The notes below the pieces were generated by a model that saw only the letters and a program-made list of their open reading frames with translations, made no database searches and was not told the origin of the DNA. Positions 1 through 9,102 of a stretch of DNA of 64,000 nt are shown here, piece by piece. The translations under genes were made by a program, and so were the position numbers. How positions within the stretch are numbered: the first letter of the stretch is position 1; the number at the start of each line of letters is the position of its first letter. This DNA comes from a virus: positions 5,987-69,986 of IMG/VR virus record IMGVR_UViG_3300007516_000014; one strand, written 5' to 3'.

Positions 1-1
1 C

Positions 2-313
2 ACGCACGGTATGTTCGTGTGCACGTCGCTGTTCGAGAGCTTCGGAATTTACTATCTGGAGCTGCTGGCCAGCGGCGTCGTGGGTGTCTTCGCGGACGCC
101 CCGTGGCACAAGTCGCTGCTTCCTGGCTATCGCTACACGGCAAAGTCGCAGCATCTGTCAGCCATGATGATGCACGTCCGGGAAAACTACGACGAGGCAC
201 GGCGATATTTGCTCGACGAGGTCCGTCCGGCTATCATCGAGAAGTATTCGATCAGCCGGTTCAACGCCGAGCTGCTTGCTCACGCCCAAGGAGGGGTATC
301 ATGGGTAGCCTAG
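2..313 (+). CDS. GT-B glycosyltransferase, C-terminal fragment (5' end outside window); possible DNA-modification enzyme
   Basis: Frame open from the window edge; FVCTSLFESFGIYYLELLASG carries the E-x7-E motif of GT4/GT-B enzymes. Confidence 0.7.
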   Translation, partial: THGMFVCTSLFESFGIYYLELLASGVVGVFADAPWHKSLLPGYRYTAKSQHLSAMMMHVRENYDEARRYLLDEVRPAIIEKYSISRFNAELLAHAQGGVSWVA

Positions 314-1146
314 ACAAGACTGAGAGCATTCGGCGCGAGAACGTGTCCATCGACCTGCTCGTCGTCAATTCGATGAACCCGAACAAGATGAAGGCGCGCG
401 AGTTCGATCTGCTCGTCGACAATATCCAGCGCACCGGGTTGACCGACCCGATCCTTGTCCGCCCCATCGAAGACGGCAAGTATCGCATCGTTGGAGGCCA
501 TCATCGGTTCGATGCCGCGAAGTATCTTGACTTCAAGGAGGTGCCTTGCACGATCATCACGGATGTTGAGTTCGACGACGACGCGGAGAAGTTCCAGCTC
601 GTTCGTATGAACGCCATCCACGGCAAGCTCGACCCGGAAGCGTTCTTCAAGCTCTACAACTCGATGGCCGGCAAGTACCAGGACGACGTCTTGCAGGAGA
701 GCTTCGGCTTCGCGGACGACAAGGAGTTCCAACGCCTGATCGCCCAGATGTCCAAGGACATGCCGGACGACATGAAGAAGAAGTTCAAGGCAGCGGCGAA
801 GGAAGTGAAGACCATCGACGGCCTCGCCAAGCTGATGAACGAGCTGTACACGAAGTACGGCGATACACTCCCGTATGGCTTCATGGTCATCGATTTTGGC
901 GGCAAGGAGTCGATCTGGCTCCAGGTGACCAAGCCGACCATGAAGGCCGCCCACGCTTTCGGCGAGGTCTGCCGGGCCAACAAGCGCAGCATGGACGACA
1001 TGATGGGCGCGCTTATGCAATCAATTGCACTGCCGGAAGCGGCGGAGTTGCTGGCCTCGCTGCTCGCCATGACCCCGGAGATGGTAATTCCGGATAACGT
1101 GGGTGACCCGACCAAGAACAACATTCACGAAGCCAACCAGTTCTAG
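301..1146 (+). CDS. ParB/Srx-like N-terminal domain protein
   Basis: NPNKM...LVDNIQRTGLTDPILVR...YRIVGGHHRFDAA has the ParB GxxRxxA motif. Start moved to ATG 301, after the SD hairpin. Confidence 0.85.
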   Translation: MGSLDKTESIRRENVSIDLLVVNSMNPNKMKAREFDLLVDNIQRTGLTDPILVRPIEDGKYRIVGGHHRFDAAKYLDFKEVPCTIITDVEFDDDAEKFQLVRMNAIHGKLDPEAFFKLYNSMAGKYQDDVLQESFGFADDKEFQRLIAQMSKDMPDDMKKKFKAAAKEVKTIDGLAKLMNELYTKYGDTLPYGFMVIDFGGKESIWLQVTKPTMKAAHAFGEVCRANKRSMDDMMGALMQSIALPEAAELLASLLAMTPEMVIPDNVGDPTKNNIHEANQF

Positions 1147-1221
1147 AACAGGGTAGTCAGCAGCCTTCACGACTGCATGACCATCAACTACCCACGGACT
1201 TGAAGCCCAAGGAGGGGCGGG

Positions 1222-1830
1222 ATGGCTAAGAAGAAGCCGGCAATGTGGACGACCTTGGTACCGGTAGAGACGGTAGAGGAAATCCATCGTCAGTTGTTTG
1301 CCGGTATCGGCCCAGGAGAATTGGCCACGAAAGTCCAGTCCATGAGCCCGCCCATGTTCGCGGACAGGACTGCCCACACCGTTACCCAGTGGTTCAACGA
1401 CTACAGGAAAAAATCGGTCCTGCACGAGCAGACCAAGGCGCTGCTGGAAGCGGCGAAGTTCCGGGGCACATCGGCGCTCCGCAAGCGCGTCGATGTCGTG
1501 GGCGAGATGGAAGAACTGGTCGCCATCAATCGCGCCAGGCTGGCCAAAGGCCTGAACACAGAGGCGGGATCTCCGATCCCCCTGGATGCGGTGTCCAAGC
1601 TGGCCCTGGCGCTGGGCGTCACGCTGGAGCGTCTGGCGCACTTGTATCTGGAGACAGGGCTCATCCATCGGGTGCCCAAGCAGGTGAACGCCACGCTGAC
1701 CACGCTCATGGGCGGACGCCCGGTCTTCGAGTTCACTGAGGAGGAGTCGCGTCGCTTCTCCGAAGCCAGGATGCTGGAGCACGTCGCCGAGGTCATCGAC
1801 ATCGAGGAAGGTAACGATGTCGGCATTTAA
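1222..1830 (+). CDS. Probable terminase small subunit
   Basis: 202-aa helical-looking protein overlapping the start of the large terminase; positional call. Confidence 0.5.
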   Translation: MAKKKPAMWTTLVPVETVEEIHRQLFAGIGPGELATKVQSMSPPMFADRTAHTVTQWFNDYRKKSVLHEQTKALLEAAKFRGTSALRKRVDVVGEMEELVAINRARLAKGLNTEAGSPIPLDAVSKLALALGVTLERLAHLYLETGLIHRVPKQVNATLTTLMGGRPVFEFTEEESRRFSEARMLEHVAEVIDIEEGNDVGI

Positions 1831-3787
1831 GGCGGCGCGTGCCCTGATCGCCAAGGTGCCGATTAGCGGTGAAATCGTGCTGTCCCACGCTACGGCGACG
1901 AAGAACGAAGCGGGCGTCATCTCCTCAATCATGACGCCACGCCAGACGTATGACTATGTCATGCGAGCCGCGACCCATTTTCAGGCGCTCGCGAAGGAGC
2001 CGTCCGACAAGTACATCGTGTTCCCGGTCGACATCCAGACGTTCATCGAGAGCGAGAAGTTCCTGAACCGGCGGGACATTATCTATCCGAAGATCGTCAC
2101 CGAGCTGATGGAGCTGAACTCGGGCCGGTACACGGAAGCGGTGTTCACCGGAGCCATCGGCACAGGCAAGACCACGGCAGCCCTGCTGACCATGGCCTAC
2201 CAGCTGTATCTGGTTTCGTGCCTCAAGAACCCGCACGCGACGTTCACACCGCCGCTCGATCCGGCGTCGGAAATCCTGTTCGTGTTCCAGTCGCTGAACG
2301 CCCGAGTGGCCAAGCAGAACGACTACACGCGTTTTAGATCGATGATCGCCAACTCGCTGTACTTTGCGGAGCACTTCCCGTTCGACCAGGGCCTGGAGTC
2401 GGAGATGATTTTCCCGAACCGGATAGTCGTCCGCCCGCTCTCGGGTGGCGTGAATGCCGCCATCGGATCGAACGTCTACTCGGCCCTGATTGACGAGATT
2501 AACTTCATGCAGCGTGTAGAAAACTCCAAGCACGCAACGGACGGTGGCGTCTTCGACCAGGCGATGGAGATGTACAACGGCCTGTCTCGTCGTCGCGAGT
2601 CCCGCTTCATGTCCAACTACGGGAAGATGGACGGTATGGTGTGCCTGGTATCGTCCAAGCGATACCCAGGTGAGTTCACGGAGCGCAAGGCCAAGGAGGC
2701 CGCTCGGCAGATCGAGAAGACAGGGCGCACCGGAATTTTCATCTATGACCGGCGCGTGTGGGAGGTAAAGCCGGATGGCTCGTTCCGCCCTGAGCGCTTC
2801 AACCTGTTCCTCGGAGACCTGTCGCGCAAGCCGCACATCATGGCAGAGGACGAGGTCGTCGATGCGCGAGACCAGCACCTCGTATTAGCGGTGCCCATGG
2901 AGTTCAGGCATCAGTTCGAGAACGACATGCTGTCGGCCATTCGTGACGTAGCCGGGTCGTCTACCTTCGCCATGAACCCGTATATCATCAACCCGGAGAA
3001 GATTGCGGAGGGCTTCGGGACGTACCAGTCGATCCTATCGATCTCCGAGACCGACTTCGTGACGTCACGCCCGTCGATCTATCCGAACCGTATCCTCAAG
3101 CCCAACGAGCCGCGCTACGCGCACGTTGACTTGTCGGTGTCCGGTGACAGCTCGGGAGTGGCCATAGGCTACGTGGATGGCTTCACGTCGGTGCCTCGCG
3201 GCGACAACACGGCGGAGATGATGCCCAAGATCAACTTCGACATGATCCTGCGCGTCAAGCCTCCCCGCAATGGCGAGATCGAATTCGAAAGCATCCGAAC
3301 CCTGTTCTACAAGCTCAAGGAGCTTGGCATGAACCTGAAGTGGGTCAGCTTCGATACGTACCAGTCTCGCGACAGCATGCAGTTGCTGCGGCAGAAGGGC
3401 TTCGTGACAGGCTCGGTGTCCATGGACACGGACTCGACCGCGTACGACGTCATGAAGTCTGCGTTCTACGACGGGCGCGTGAAGGCACCGGAGCACGACC
3501 TGGCCCGCGCTGAGATCGTTCGCCTTGAGCGCGATCCGTTGACTGGTCTCATCGATCATCCACCCGACTGGTCGAAGGACTGTTCGGACGCGATGGCCGG
3601 TGTAGTGTTTGGGCTGACGTATCGACGTGAACTGTGGGTCCGCCACGGAGTGTCGATGCGGGATATGCTGGTGAAGCTGGCCGACCGCGAAGCGAAGAAG
3701 GACGCGAAGTCCGAGATCGCAGCAAAAGCTGGACTTAACCGTCATGTAAGCTACGCAGATGTTGTTGGCCACGGAGGGCCGTCATGA
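1817..3787 (+). CDS. terL: Terminase large subunit
   Basis: Walker A GAIGTGKT, Walker B ALIDEINF, RNase H-like nuclease motifs AHVDLS, SFDTYQS and KDCSDAMAG. Confidence 0.9.
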   Translation: MSAFKAARALIAKVPISGEIVLSHATATKNEAGVISSIMTPRQTYDYVMRAATHFQALAKEPSDKYIVFPVDIQTFIESEKFLNRRDIIYPKIVTELMELNSGRYTEAVFTGAIGTGKTTAALLTMAYQLYLVSCLKNPHATFTPPLDPASEILFVFQSLNARVAKQNDYTRFRSMIANSLYFAEHFPFDQGLESEMIFPNRIVVRPLSGGVNAAIGSNVYSALIDEINFMQRVENSKHATDGGVFDQAMEMYNGLSRRRESRFMSNYGKMDGMVCLVSSKRYPGEFTERKAKEAARQIEKTGRTGIFIYDRRVWEVKPDGSFRPERFNLFLGDLSRKPHIMAEDEVVDARDQHLVLAVPMEFRHQFENDMLSAIRDVAGSSTFAMNPYIINPEKIAEGFGTYQSILSISETDFVTSRPSIYPNRILKPNEPRYAHVDLSVSGDSSGVAIGYVDGFTSVPRGDNTAEMMPKINFDMILRVKPPRNGEIEFESIRTLFYKLKELGMNLKWVSFDTYQSRDSMQLLRQKGFVTGSVSMDTDSTAYDVMKSAFYDGRVKAPEHDLARAEIVRLERDPLTGLIDHPPDWSKDCSDAMAGVVFGLTYRRELWVRHGVSMRDMLVKLADREAKKDAKSEIAAKAGLNRHVSYADVVGHGGPS

Positions 3788-3963
3788 AGTTCAAGTTCTG
3801 GTCAGATACCAACATGGTGAACTGCGCGGCCAGGATGGAGGACCAAGGTGTCCCGTTCAGATCCGACCTCCTGAAGAACGTCATCAGCGTAGACGATTAT
3901 GACGAAGCGGCGGGTGATATTGCCCGTGAAGAAGGCGGCGAGGAGTTGCGACATGGACAATAA
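3784..3963 (+). CDS. Small acidic hypothetical protein (59 aa, below ORF-track cutoff)
   Basis: ATG overlaps the terL stop (ATGA) and follows hairpin GGCC-ACGGAG-GGCC; MKFKFWSDTN...RHGQ*. Confidence 0.7.
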   Translation: MKFKFWSDTNMVNCAARMEDQGVPFRSDLLKNVISVDDYDEAAGDIAREEGGEELRHGQ

Positions 3964-4429
3964 GCATGAAGCCGCCATCATAGAGCGCATGGTCCCGGCC
4001 ATGTGCCAGCTAACGGCCATCAACGGCCTGGCGTCGGAGAACGTCCACGTTGACATGCAGACGGTCATGGCCCCTCTGGCTCTGTCTGTTCGCGCTTCGA
4101 TGAAGGGCTGTACGCCCATCGAGATGGAAGTGCTGCTGGTGAAGGCCCAGCGCGTGGCCAAGCTGCTGCTCAACGGAGAGCCCGGCAGTTACCGCCAGAT
4201 GCTTCTCGCCTCCTGTATGTTCGTGATGAAGCTGGTGGACGAGGGGGCGGGCCTCGATCCCAGGTCACAGCCCGTGCTGATCGGCCTGTCCATGATCGAG
4301 GACGCCAAACACGACGAGGACAATTCGTGGGGCTACGACAGGAAGAAGCTGAGTGAAGCAGGCTCTCGCATGCTGACGCGAGCGCGCCTTCTCGGGTTCT
4401 TTATGAACAAATCCCTTTACATACAGTAG
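3953..4429 (+). CDS. Hypothetical protein
   Basis: GAGGAG SD before ATG 3953; phage-like codon usage. Confidence 0.7.
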   Translation: MDNKHEAAIIERMVPAMCQLTAINGLASENVHVDMQTVMAPLALSVRASMKGCTPIEMEVLLVKAQRVAKLLLNGEPGSYRQMLLASCMFVMKLVDEGAGLDPRSQPVLIGLSMIEDAKHDEDNSWGYDRKKLSEAGSRMLTRARLLGFFMNKSLYIQ

Positions 4430-4472
4430 GGCCTAGCTAAGGTCCGCATCGGAACCAAGGAGGGTTTTTCCG

Positions 4473-4691
4473 ATGCGGGTTTTAGATCTCAAGCGTGAAC
4501 TTCGTCAGCCGCACATTCACGGCGTGAATGCTGTTGTGTCGATCCCGGCTGGTCCCGGCATGACACCGCAGCCCGTCGTGGTGGCGGTGACGAAGACTGC
4601 CATGAAGAGGGCCGTCGCCCATCTTCCTAGCAAGACGGAAATTTTCGTGACAGTCGAAGGCAATCAGCTTACGATTGGCGAAATCAAGTAG
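4473..4691 (+). CDS. Hypothetical protein
   Basis: SD hairpin plus ATG; 72 aa. Confidence 0.7.
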   Translation: MRVLDLKRELRQPHIHGVNAVVSIPAGPGMTPQPVVVAVTKTAMKRAVAHLPSKTEIFVTVEGNQLTIGEIK

Positions 4692-4707
4692 ACCAAGGAG
4701 GGTCGCA

Positions 4708-6780
4708 GTGAGCAAATTTCATTCTTTCGGACCGTTCATCCAGCCAGGCAATCTGGCGGTGGATGACAAGATGCACCTCGGTGGCAAGGGTGCTGGTCTG
4801 GTCCGCATGTCGTCCATGGGCATCCCGGTGCCTCCCGGCTTCACGATCCCCACTCCGTTCTGTGCGGCCTTCGAGAAGGCGGCGCTCGATAAGGGCGGCT
4901 TCATCGACAGCCTGATGAAGGATGTCCACGAGCACATGCAGGAAGTAGAGGCCGCGCTGGGCTATGCCCCGCTCGTCTCGGTCCGCTCGGGCGCACCGGT
5001 CTCGATGCCGGGCATGATGGACACGATCCTCAACGTCGGCCTGACGAACGCCACCATGGACGCCTGGAAGGCACGGATTGGCGAGCGAGCGGCGCTCGAC
5101 AGCTACCGCCGACTGATCCAGATGCTGGGCTGCACAGCCTACGGCGTCGACCACTCGCTGTTCGAAGCGGAGCTGGTTGCTGCTCGGACTGCCGCGAAAG
5201 TGGCCGCCGACAATCAGCTGAACCCCGTGCAACTGGTTGCACTGATCGCCAAGTACCTCACCATCTTCCACAAGCAGACCGGTTCGACGTTCCCCGACAC
5301 TGTCGAGGCGCAGCTTCACGCGTCCATCGGAGCGGTGTTCGCTTCGTGGCACAACGAGCGGGCCGTGATCTATCGCAAGATGAACGGGATCGATGCCTCG
5401 ATGGGCACTGCGGTGACCGTCCAGGCAATGGTGTTCGGCAACATGAATGACAACAGCGGGTCGGGCGTCCTGTTCTCCCGGAACCCGTCGACCGGCGTCA
5501 ACGAGCTGTACGGTGAGTTCCTGCCGAATGCTCAGGGCGAGGACGTGGTAGCCGGCATCCGGACGCCCCTCCAGCTGATCGACATGCAGCCGCTGTGGCC
5601 GGAAGTTCTCGACCAGCTGAACGATATCGCCTGCAAGCTCGAAGGCGAGTATGCGGATATGGTCGATCTGGAGTTCACGGTGCAGGACAAGGTTCTGTAT
5701 CTGCTCCAGTGCCGGCCCGGTAAGCGCGGTGCCATGGCCGCCTTCCGGATTGCGCGTGATCTGGAGCACGAGACGGTGATCGACAAGAAGACGGCGATCA
5801 GCCGCCTGTCCTCCAGGGAGTACAAACTGACCCGCCAGCCGGTGGTCGATCCCAAGTTCAAGGTTGCTCCCGTGGCGACCGGGCTGTTCGGTTCGACGGG
5901 TGTAGCGGTGGGCAAGCCGGTCTACACGGCAGCTGCTGCAATTGATTGCAAAGAACCCTGCATCCTGGTCACTCACGAGACCGACCCGGATGATGTCGGC
6001 GGAATGTACGCCGCCAAGGGTGTTCTGACCGCCACCGGTGGCCAGACCTCCCACGCTGCGGTGGTAGCGCGCGGAATGAACAAGCCCTGCGTGGTCGGCT
6101 GCATCGGGATCGTCGAGCTGATCAAGAAGTCTCAGGCGAAGATGGTGACCATCGACGGCGCGACGGGCCAGGTATGGCTCGACGTGGTTGTACCGGTTGT
6201 GGATAATTCGGCGGATGAAGCGGTGGCTGAAATCGTCAGCTGGATCGTCAAGTCCGACGTTAGCCCGGTCTGCAAAATACCTTCGAGCGGTCCGGCCATT
6301 GTGCAGGTCGCTGACTGGAAGATGGAGCAGCTCAACATAATGGCCCTTATGTCGCACCCGGACCCTTCGCAGCTCACCTTGGATTTCAGGGCGGCGACAC
6401 AAATCAGTTGCGAGGAAGACGAACCTCTGGCAAGCCTCTACGGAGACGTTGCGCCAATCGGTACACCTGATTTAAGGTGGCTGCTAAAGGCTATTGAGGG
6501 CCTGGGAAGTGCAATGTCTGGTCTCACCGTTATTGGCGCTCCGAGTTCCGAGAAGATGAAAAAGGCTGGCGTGATATTCCTGGCTCGTCCGGTATCGACT
6601 CTGGTCGATATGCTGGACGGGGGTGACATGGCTGTCAGCCCTGCCTTCTCGGCGGTGCTGGAGATGGCCGTGTATGACAAGATCGCTGGCCTGCTCAAGG
6701 ACGCGGGCAAGGAGATCAAAGCGACGGTGCCCGTCTATGGGTTGCCCGCTGAGTATCAGGTTTTCAAGGCATTGAGTTAG
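4708..6780 (+). CDS. PPDK-like dikinase (ATP-grasp plus phospho-His swivel domains, no PEP/pyruvate domain)
   Basis: LGGKGAGL, PVPPGFTI, VSVRSGAPVSMPGMMDTILNVG, QAMVFGN, NAQGEDVVAGIRTP, DLEFT, GGQTSHAAVVARG. The last ~190 aa do not resemble the PPDK TIM barrel. GTG 4708 follows the SD hairpin. Confidence 0.9.
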   Translation: MSKFHSFGPFIQPGNLAVDDKMHLGGKGAGLVRMSSMGIPVPPGFTIPTPFCAAFEKAALDKGGFIDSLMKDVHEHMQEVEAALGYAPLVSVRSGAPVSMPGMMDTILNVGLTNATMDAWKARIGERAALDSYRRLIQMLGCTAYGVDHSLFEAELVAARTAAKVAADNQLNPVQLVALIAKYLTIFHKQTGSTFPDTVEAQLHASIGAVFASWHNERAVIYRKMNGIDASMGTAVTVQAMVFGNMNDNSGSGVLFSRNPSTGVNELYGEFLPNAQGEDVVAGIRTPLQLIDMQPLWPEVLDQLNDIACKLEGEYADMVDLEFTVQDKVLYLLQCRPGKRGAMAAFRIARDLEHETVIDKKTAISRLSSREYKLTRQPVVDPKFKVAPVATGLFGSTGVAVGKPVYTAAAAIDCKEPCILVTHETDPDDVGGMYAAKGVLTATGGQTSHAAVVARGMNKPCVVGCIGIVELIKKSQAKMVTIDGATGQVWLDVVVPVVDNSADEAVAEIVSWIVKSDVSPVCKIPSSGPAIVQVADWKMEQLNIMALMSHPDPSQLTLDFRAATQISCEEDEPLASLYGDVAPIGTPDLRWLLKAIEGLGSAMSGLTVIGAPSSEKMKKAGVIFLARPVSTLVDMLDGGDMAVSPAFSAVLEMAVYDKIAGLLKDAGKEIKATVPVYGLPAEYQVFKALS

Positions 6781-6789
6781 GAGCTTCAG

Positions 6790-7068
6790 ATGGGTTTGGT
6801 TCTCACCATTCGACAGGGCGAAGACTTCTTCGTCGACAACGATCAGTTCTTTTTGGAGAAGATCATATCGGAAGACGAAGTCCGCATCTTCCGCCCCAAG
6901 GATGGGAAGAAGATCACGGCGTCGACCAAAGACATGACCGATATTCAAGACGACGTGAGCGTCCAAGTCGCGGATCGCATCACGAGCAAGGCAGCCCGTC
7001 TGGTTATCGAGGCACCACGGACGAAGCTGATACTGACTGGTGTTAAATTTCGTACACCGCGAACATAG
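6790..7068 (+). CDS. CsrA/RsmA-like RNA-binding protein (apparently two fused CsrA units)
   Basis: LVLTIRQGEDFFV resembles CsrA LILTRRVGETLMI; DDVSVQV...ARLVIEAPRTKLIL resembles DEVTVTV...VRIGVNAPKEVSVH. Confidence 0.65.
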   Translation: MGLVLTIRQGEDFFVDNDQFFLEKIISEDEVRIFRPKDGKKITASTKDMTDIQDDVSVQVADRITSKAARLVIEAPRTKLILTGVKFRTPRT

Positions 7069-7108
7069 GGAGACATCGCGGCTAACCCTGAAAGACTGGG
7101 ACTGATAC

Positions 7109-7408
7109 ATGGCTAGGACATACACGGTATCACCCGCAGTTTTGGAAAGGGCTGTGGAGCTGGGGCTTTATGGGGAGACTGCTGAAGCCCGCATCTTGGA
7201 GATGGCGCGGCGATCAGCCAGGTTCACTCACCCCGATGCCAATCGGCGCTTCAGGCAATACATCATGTTCCTGGAAGCCGATGGTATGGTGACCATGCTG
7301 GACATTATGTCCGGGGAGGAAGCCGACTATTACGACAACCGTTCGTACGCCGAACGCAAAGCCGAGGATGATCCCGGCGAGGCCGAGGTGATCAAGAAGA
7401 AGAGATAG
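7109..7408 (+). CDS. Hypothetical protein
   Basis: 99-aa ORF filling the gap; no motif recognised. Confidence 0.65.
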   Translation: MARTYTVSPAVLERAVELGLYGETAEARILEMARRSARFTHPDANRRFRQYIMFLEADGMVTMLDIMSGEEADYYDNRSYAERKAEDDPGEAEVIKKKR

Positions 7409-7465
7409 CCATTTGCAACAAGCCTGGCCTCAAGCCACAGTAGCTGCCTAACCAAGGAGGGTTTT

Positions 7466-7975
7466 GTGAACAAACACTATGTACCATCGCGTCCCCAGCC
7501 TGTCGGCTTCATGCCGATCCCGGTCGGCCATGGGCGAATGTTCGCCATCGAAGGTGGACCGTTCATCGCGTTCGACCGCAACACGGCGAAGGACGCGTTC
7601 GCCTTGTGCCTCGAAGCCCGGTCAGGAAACGTGGCGACGGCCAGCGTGGCGCTCGATGTGCCGGACTTCAGCACGCCCGATCCCAAGGGCCTCGACAGCG
7701 CGCTCTCCAAGATGGTCGACGCGCTCTACAAGGGCCGCCCGGCGTACATCGGCTGCATGGCAGGGCAGGGCCGAACAGGCCTTGCGATGGCCTGCCTCGC
7801 CCGCGAGTTCGGCGTCATCGAGCCGATCAAGCACGTCCGCCGTTACTACACGTCCCATGCGGTGGAGACGTCCAATCAGGCAGCCTTCGTCAAGGACACC
7901 CCGCTGCCCAAGACCAGGTGGCGCATCCGGATCAACCGTCTCCGCGCTTCTTTGCCCTGGCTCTGGATTTCTTAA
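7466..7975 (+). CDS. Protein-tyrosine/dual-specificity (CX5R) phosphatase
   Basis: VPDF general-acid loop, YIGCMAGQGRTG P-loop, AVETSNQ. Confidence 0.85.
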   Translation: MNKHYVPSRPQPVGFMPIPVGHGRMFAIEGGPFIAFDRNTAKDAFALCLEARSGNVATASVALDVPDFSTPDPKGLDSALSKMVDALYKGRPAYIGCMAGQGRTGLAMACLAREFGVIEPIKHVRRYYTSHAVETSNQAAFVKDTPLPKTRWRIRINRLRASLPWLWIS

Positions 7976-8034
7976 TTGACACTGGTTGGCTCCTAGCCAC
8001 AGTCGAAGACTGAAACGAGACCAAGGAGGGTCCC

Positions 8035-9102
8035 ATGCAACTCGCCCCGACCGACACGCTGGCCTATTTCAAAACGAGAGCGCTGACGGCAGCGCGCTCG
8101 ATGACCGGCGTGCCGTGTGCCACCGTAGCCCAGAAGATTAAATGGGCGACGGACAGTATGGGAGGAGTCCATCCCGAGACCGAGGCGCTGTGGTTCTACA
8201 TGATGAACCACGGCATGTCGGAGATTAGCAAGAATTACGCTGATCTGGAGCCGCTGCCCGACGACGTGCTCAAGTTCGTCAAACACTACTATGACGAGGG
8301 GGCGAAGAAGGCCCTGCGAGCGATGTCGTACCTGATGCTGATCTGCGTGCGCGAGGCTCGCCATCTGAAGAACAAGACGGAGATGAAGTCCGCCATCGTG
8401 GCGTCATCGTCCTTGGAGATGTGGCAGTATTTGGGCCTCGTCCCGGACGACGCCATGATGGCCCAGGAGATGTTCGCCAGCAGCCCTCCCAAGTGCGATG
8501 TGGCGACCTTCTGCAAGGGGCTGGCCTTCCAGTTCTACAACGGTTCGTATAGCAACAGCTACGGCGGCGCGAAGTGGGGTGTAGTCGCAGACTGCCTCAA
8601 GAAGTTCGTGACCGGCGAGGTGACTGCCGAGATTATGCTCGATACGATCTGGACTCTATGCCATAACGGAGGCCCTATATTCAACAAGGGCGTTTTGTAT
8701 CAGCACCACGATAAGGCTGCCCTGACGCGCATTCTCGACGTCCAGCGCGGTGGTCAGATACCGCAGATGATCGCCACGTACGACAAGGTCGAGCATTACC
8801 TGTTGCCCGACATGATCGTACGGAACAACTGGCTGCGGTCGAGGTTCCCGGCGACGACAACGGGTGATCTCGATTGGGAAATCATTCAGAAACTCGGCGC
8901 GGTCGGCGATTATAAGGCCGAGATCCATAACGCCAAGATGATGACGCCTGAGTACAAGGCGCAGCTGGCTGCGGAGAAGGTTGCTGCTCAGGCCGCTGCG
9001 ATCAAGCATGCGGCGGACCAGGCGAAGAAATTCGCCAACATGTATCAAGTCACCACGGACGTATGGGTGGACAAGTTCCAGCCAGAGCGGGAGGCAGTGT
9101 GA
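8035..9102 (+). CDS. Hypothetical protein
   Basis: 355 aa with SD hairpin; conserved-looking YGGAKW and LCHNGGPIFNKG segments. Confidence 0.8.
   Translation: MQLAPTDTLAYFKTRALTAARSMTGVPCATVAQKIKWATDSMGGVHPETEALWFYMMNHGMSEISKNYADLEPLPDDVLKFVKHYYDEGAKKALRAMSYLMLICVREARHLKNKTEMKSAIVASSSLEMWQYLGLVPDDAMMAQEMFASSPPKCDVATFCKGLAFQFYNGSYSNSYGGAKWGVVADCLKKFVTGEVTAEIMLDTIWTLCHNGGPIFNKGVLYQHHDKAALTRILDVQRGGQIPQMIATYDKVEHYLLPDMIVRNNWLRSRFPATTTGDLDWEIIQKLGAVGDYKAEIHNAKMMTPEYKAQLAAEKVAAQAAAIKHAADQAKKFANMYQVTTDVWVDKFQPEREAV

Noticed and set aside
19-300. N-terminal extensions in the ORF track (also 50060, 53894, 58715, 60778, and GTG starts at 21355, 28743, 46621, 62054)
   Set aside because: They overlap upstream genes or begin within the palindrome. 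SD hairpins and stop/start coupling indicate later starts.
2689-2701. GGCC-AAGGA-GGCC hairpin inside terL
   Set aside because: Pentaloop, no start codon, and explained by common Ala-Lys-Glu-Ala codons; not counted.
4684-6402. Long minus-strand ORFs (also 15134-16138, 23046-24101, 26242-28552 and others)
   Set aside because: They are antisense shadows of GC-rich, codon-biased plus-strand genes and show no protein motifs.
6398-6413. Degenerate palindrome (also half-sites near 24029, 55381, 60492 and 62894)
   Set aside because: Only one arm matches; not counted among the 21.
4708-6780. Functional pyruvate phosphate dikinase (ppdK) as an auxiliary metabolic gene
   Set aside because: The C-terminal PEP/pyruvate-binding domain is not recognisable, so the gene symbol was withheld.
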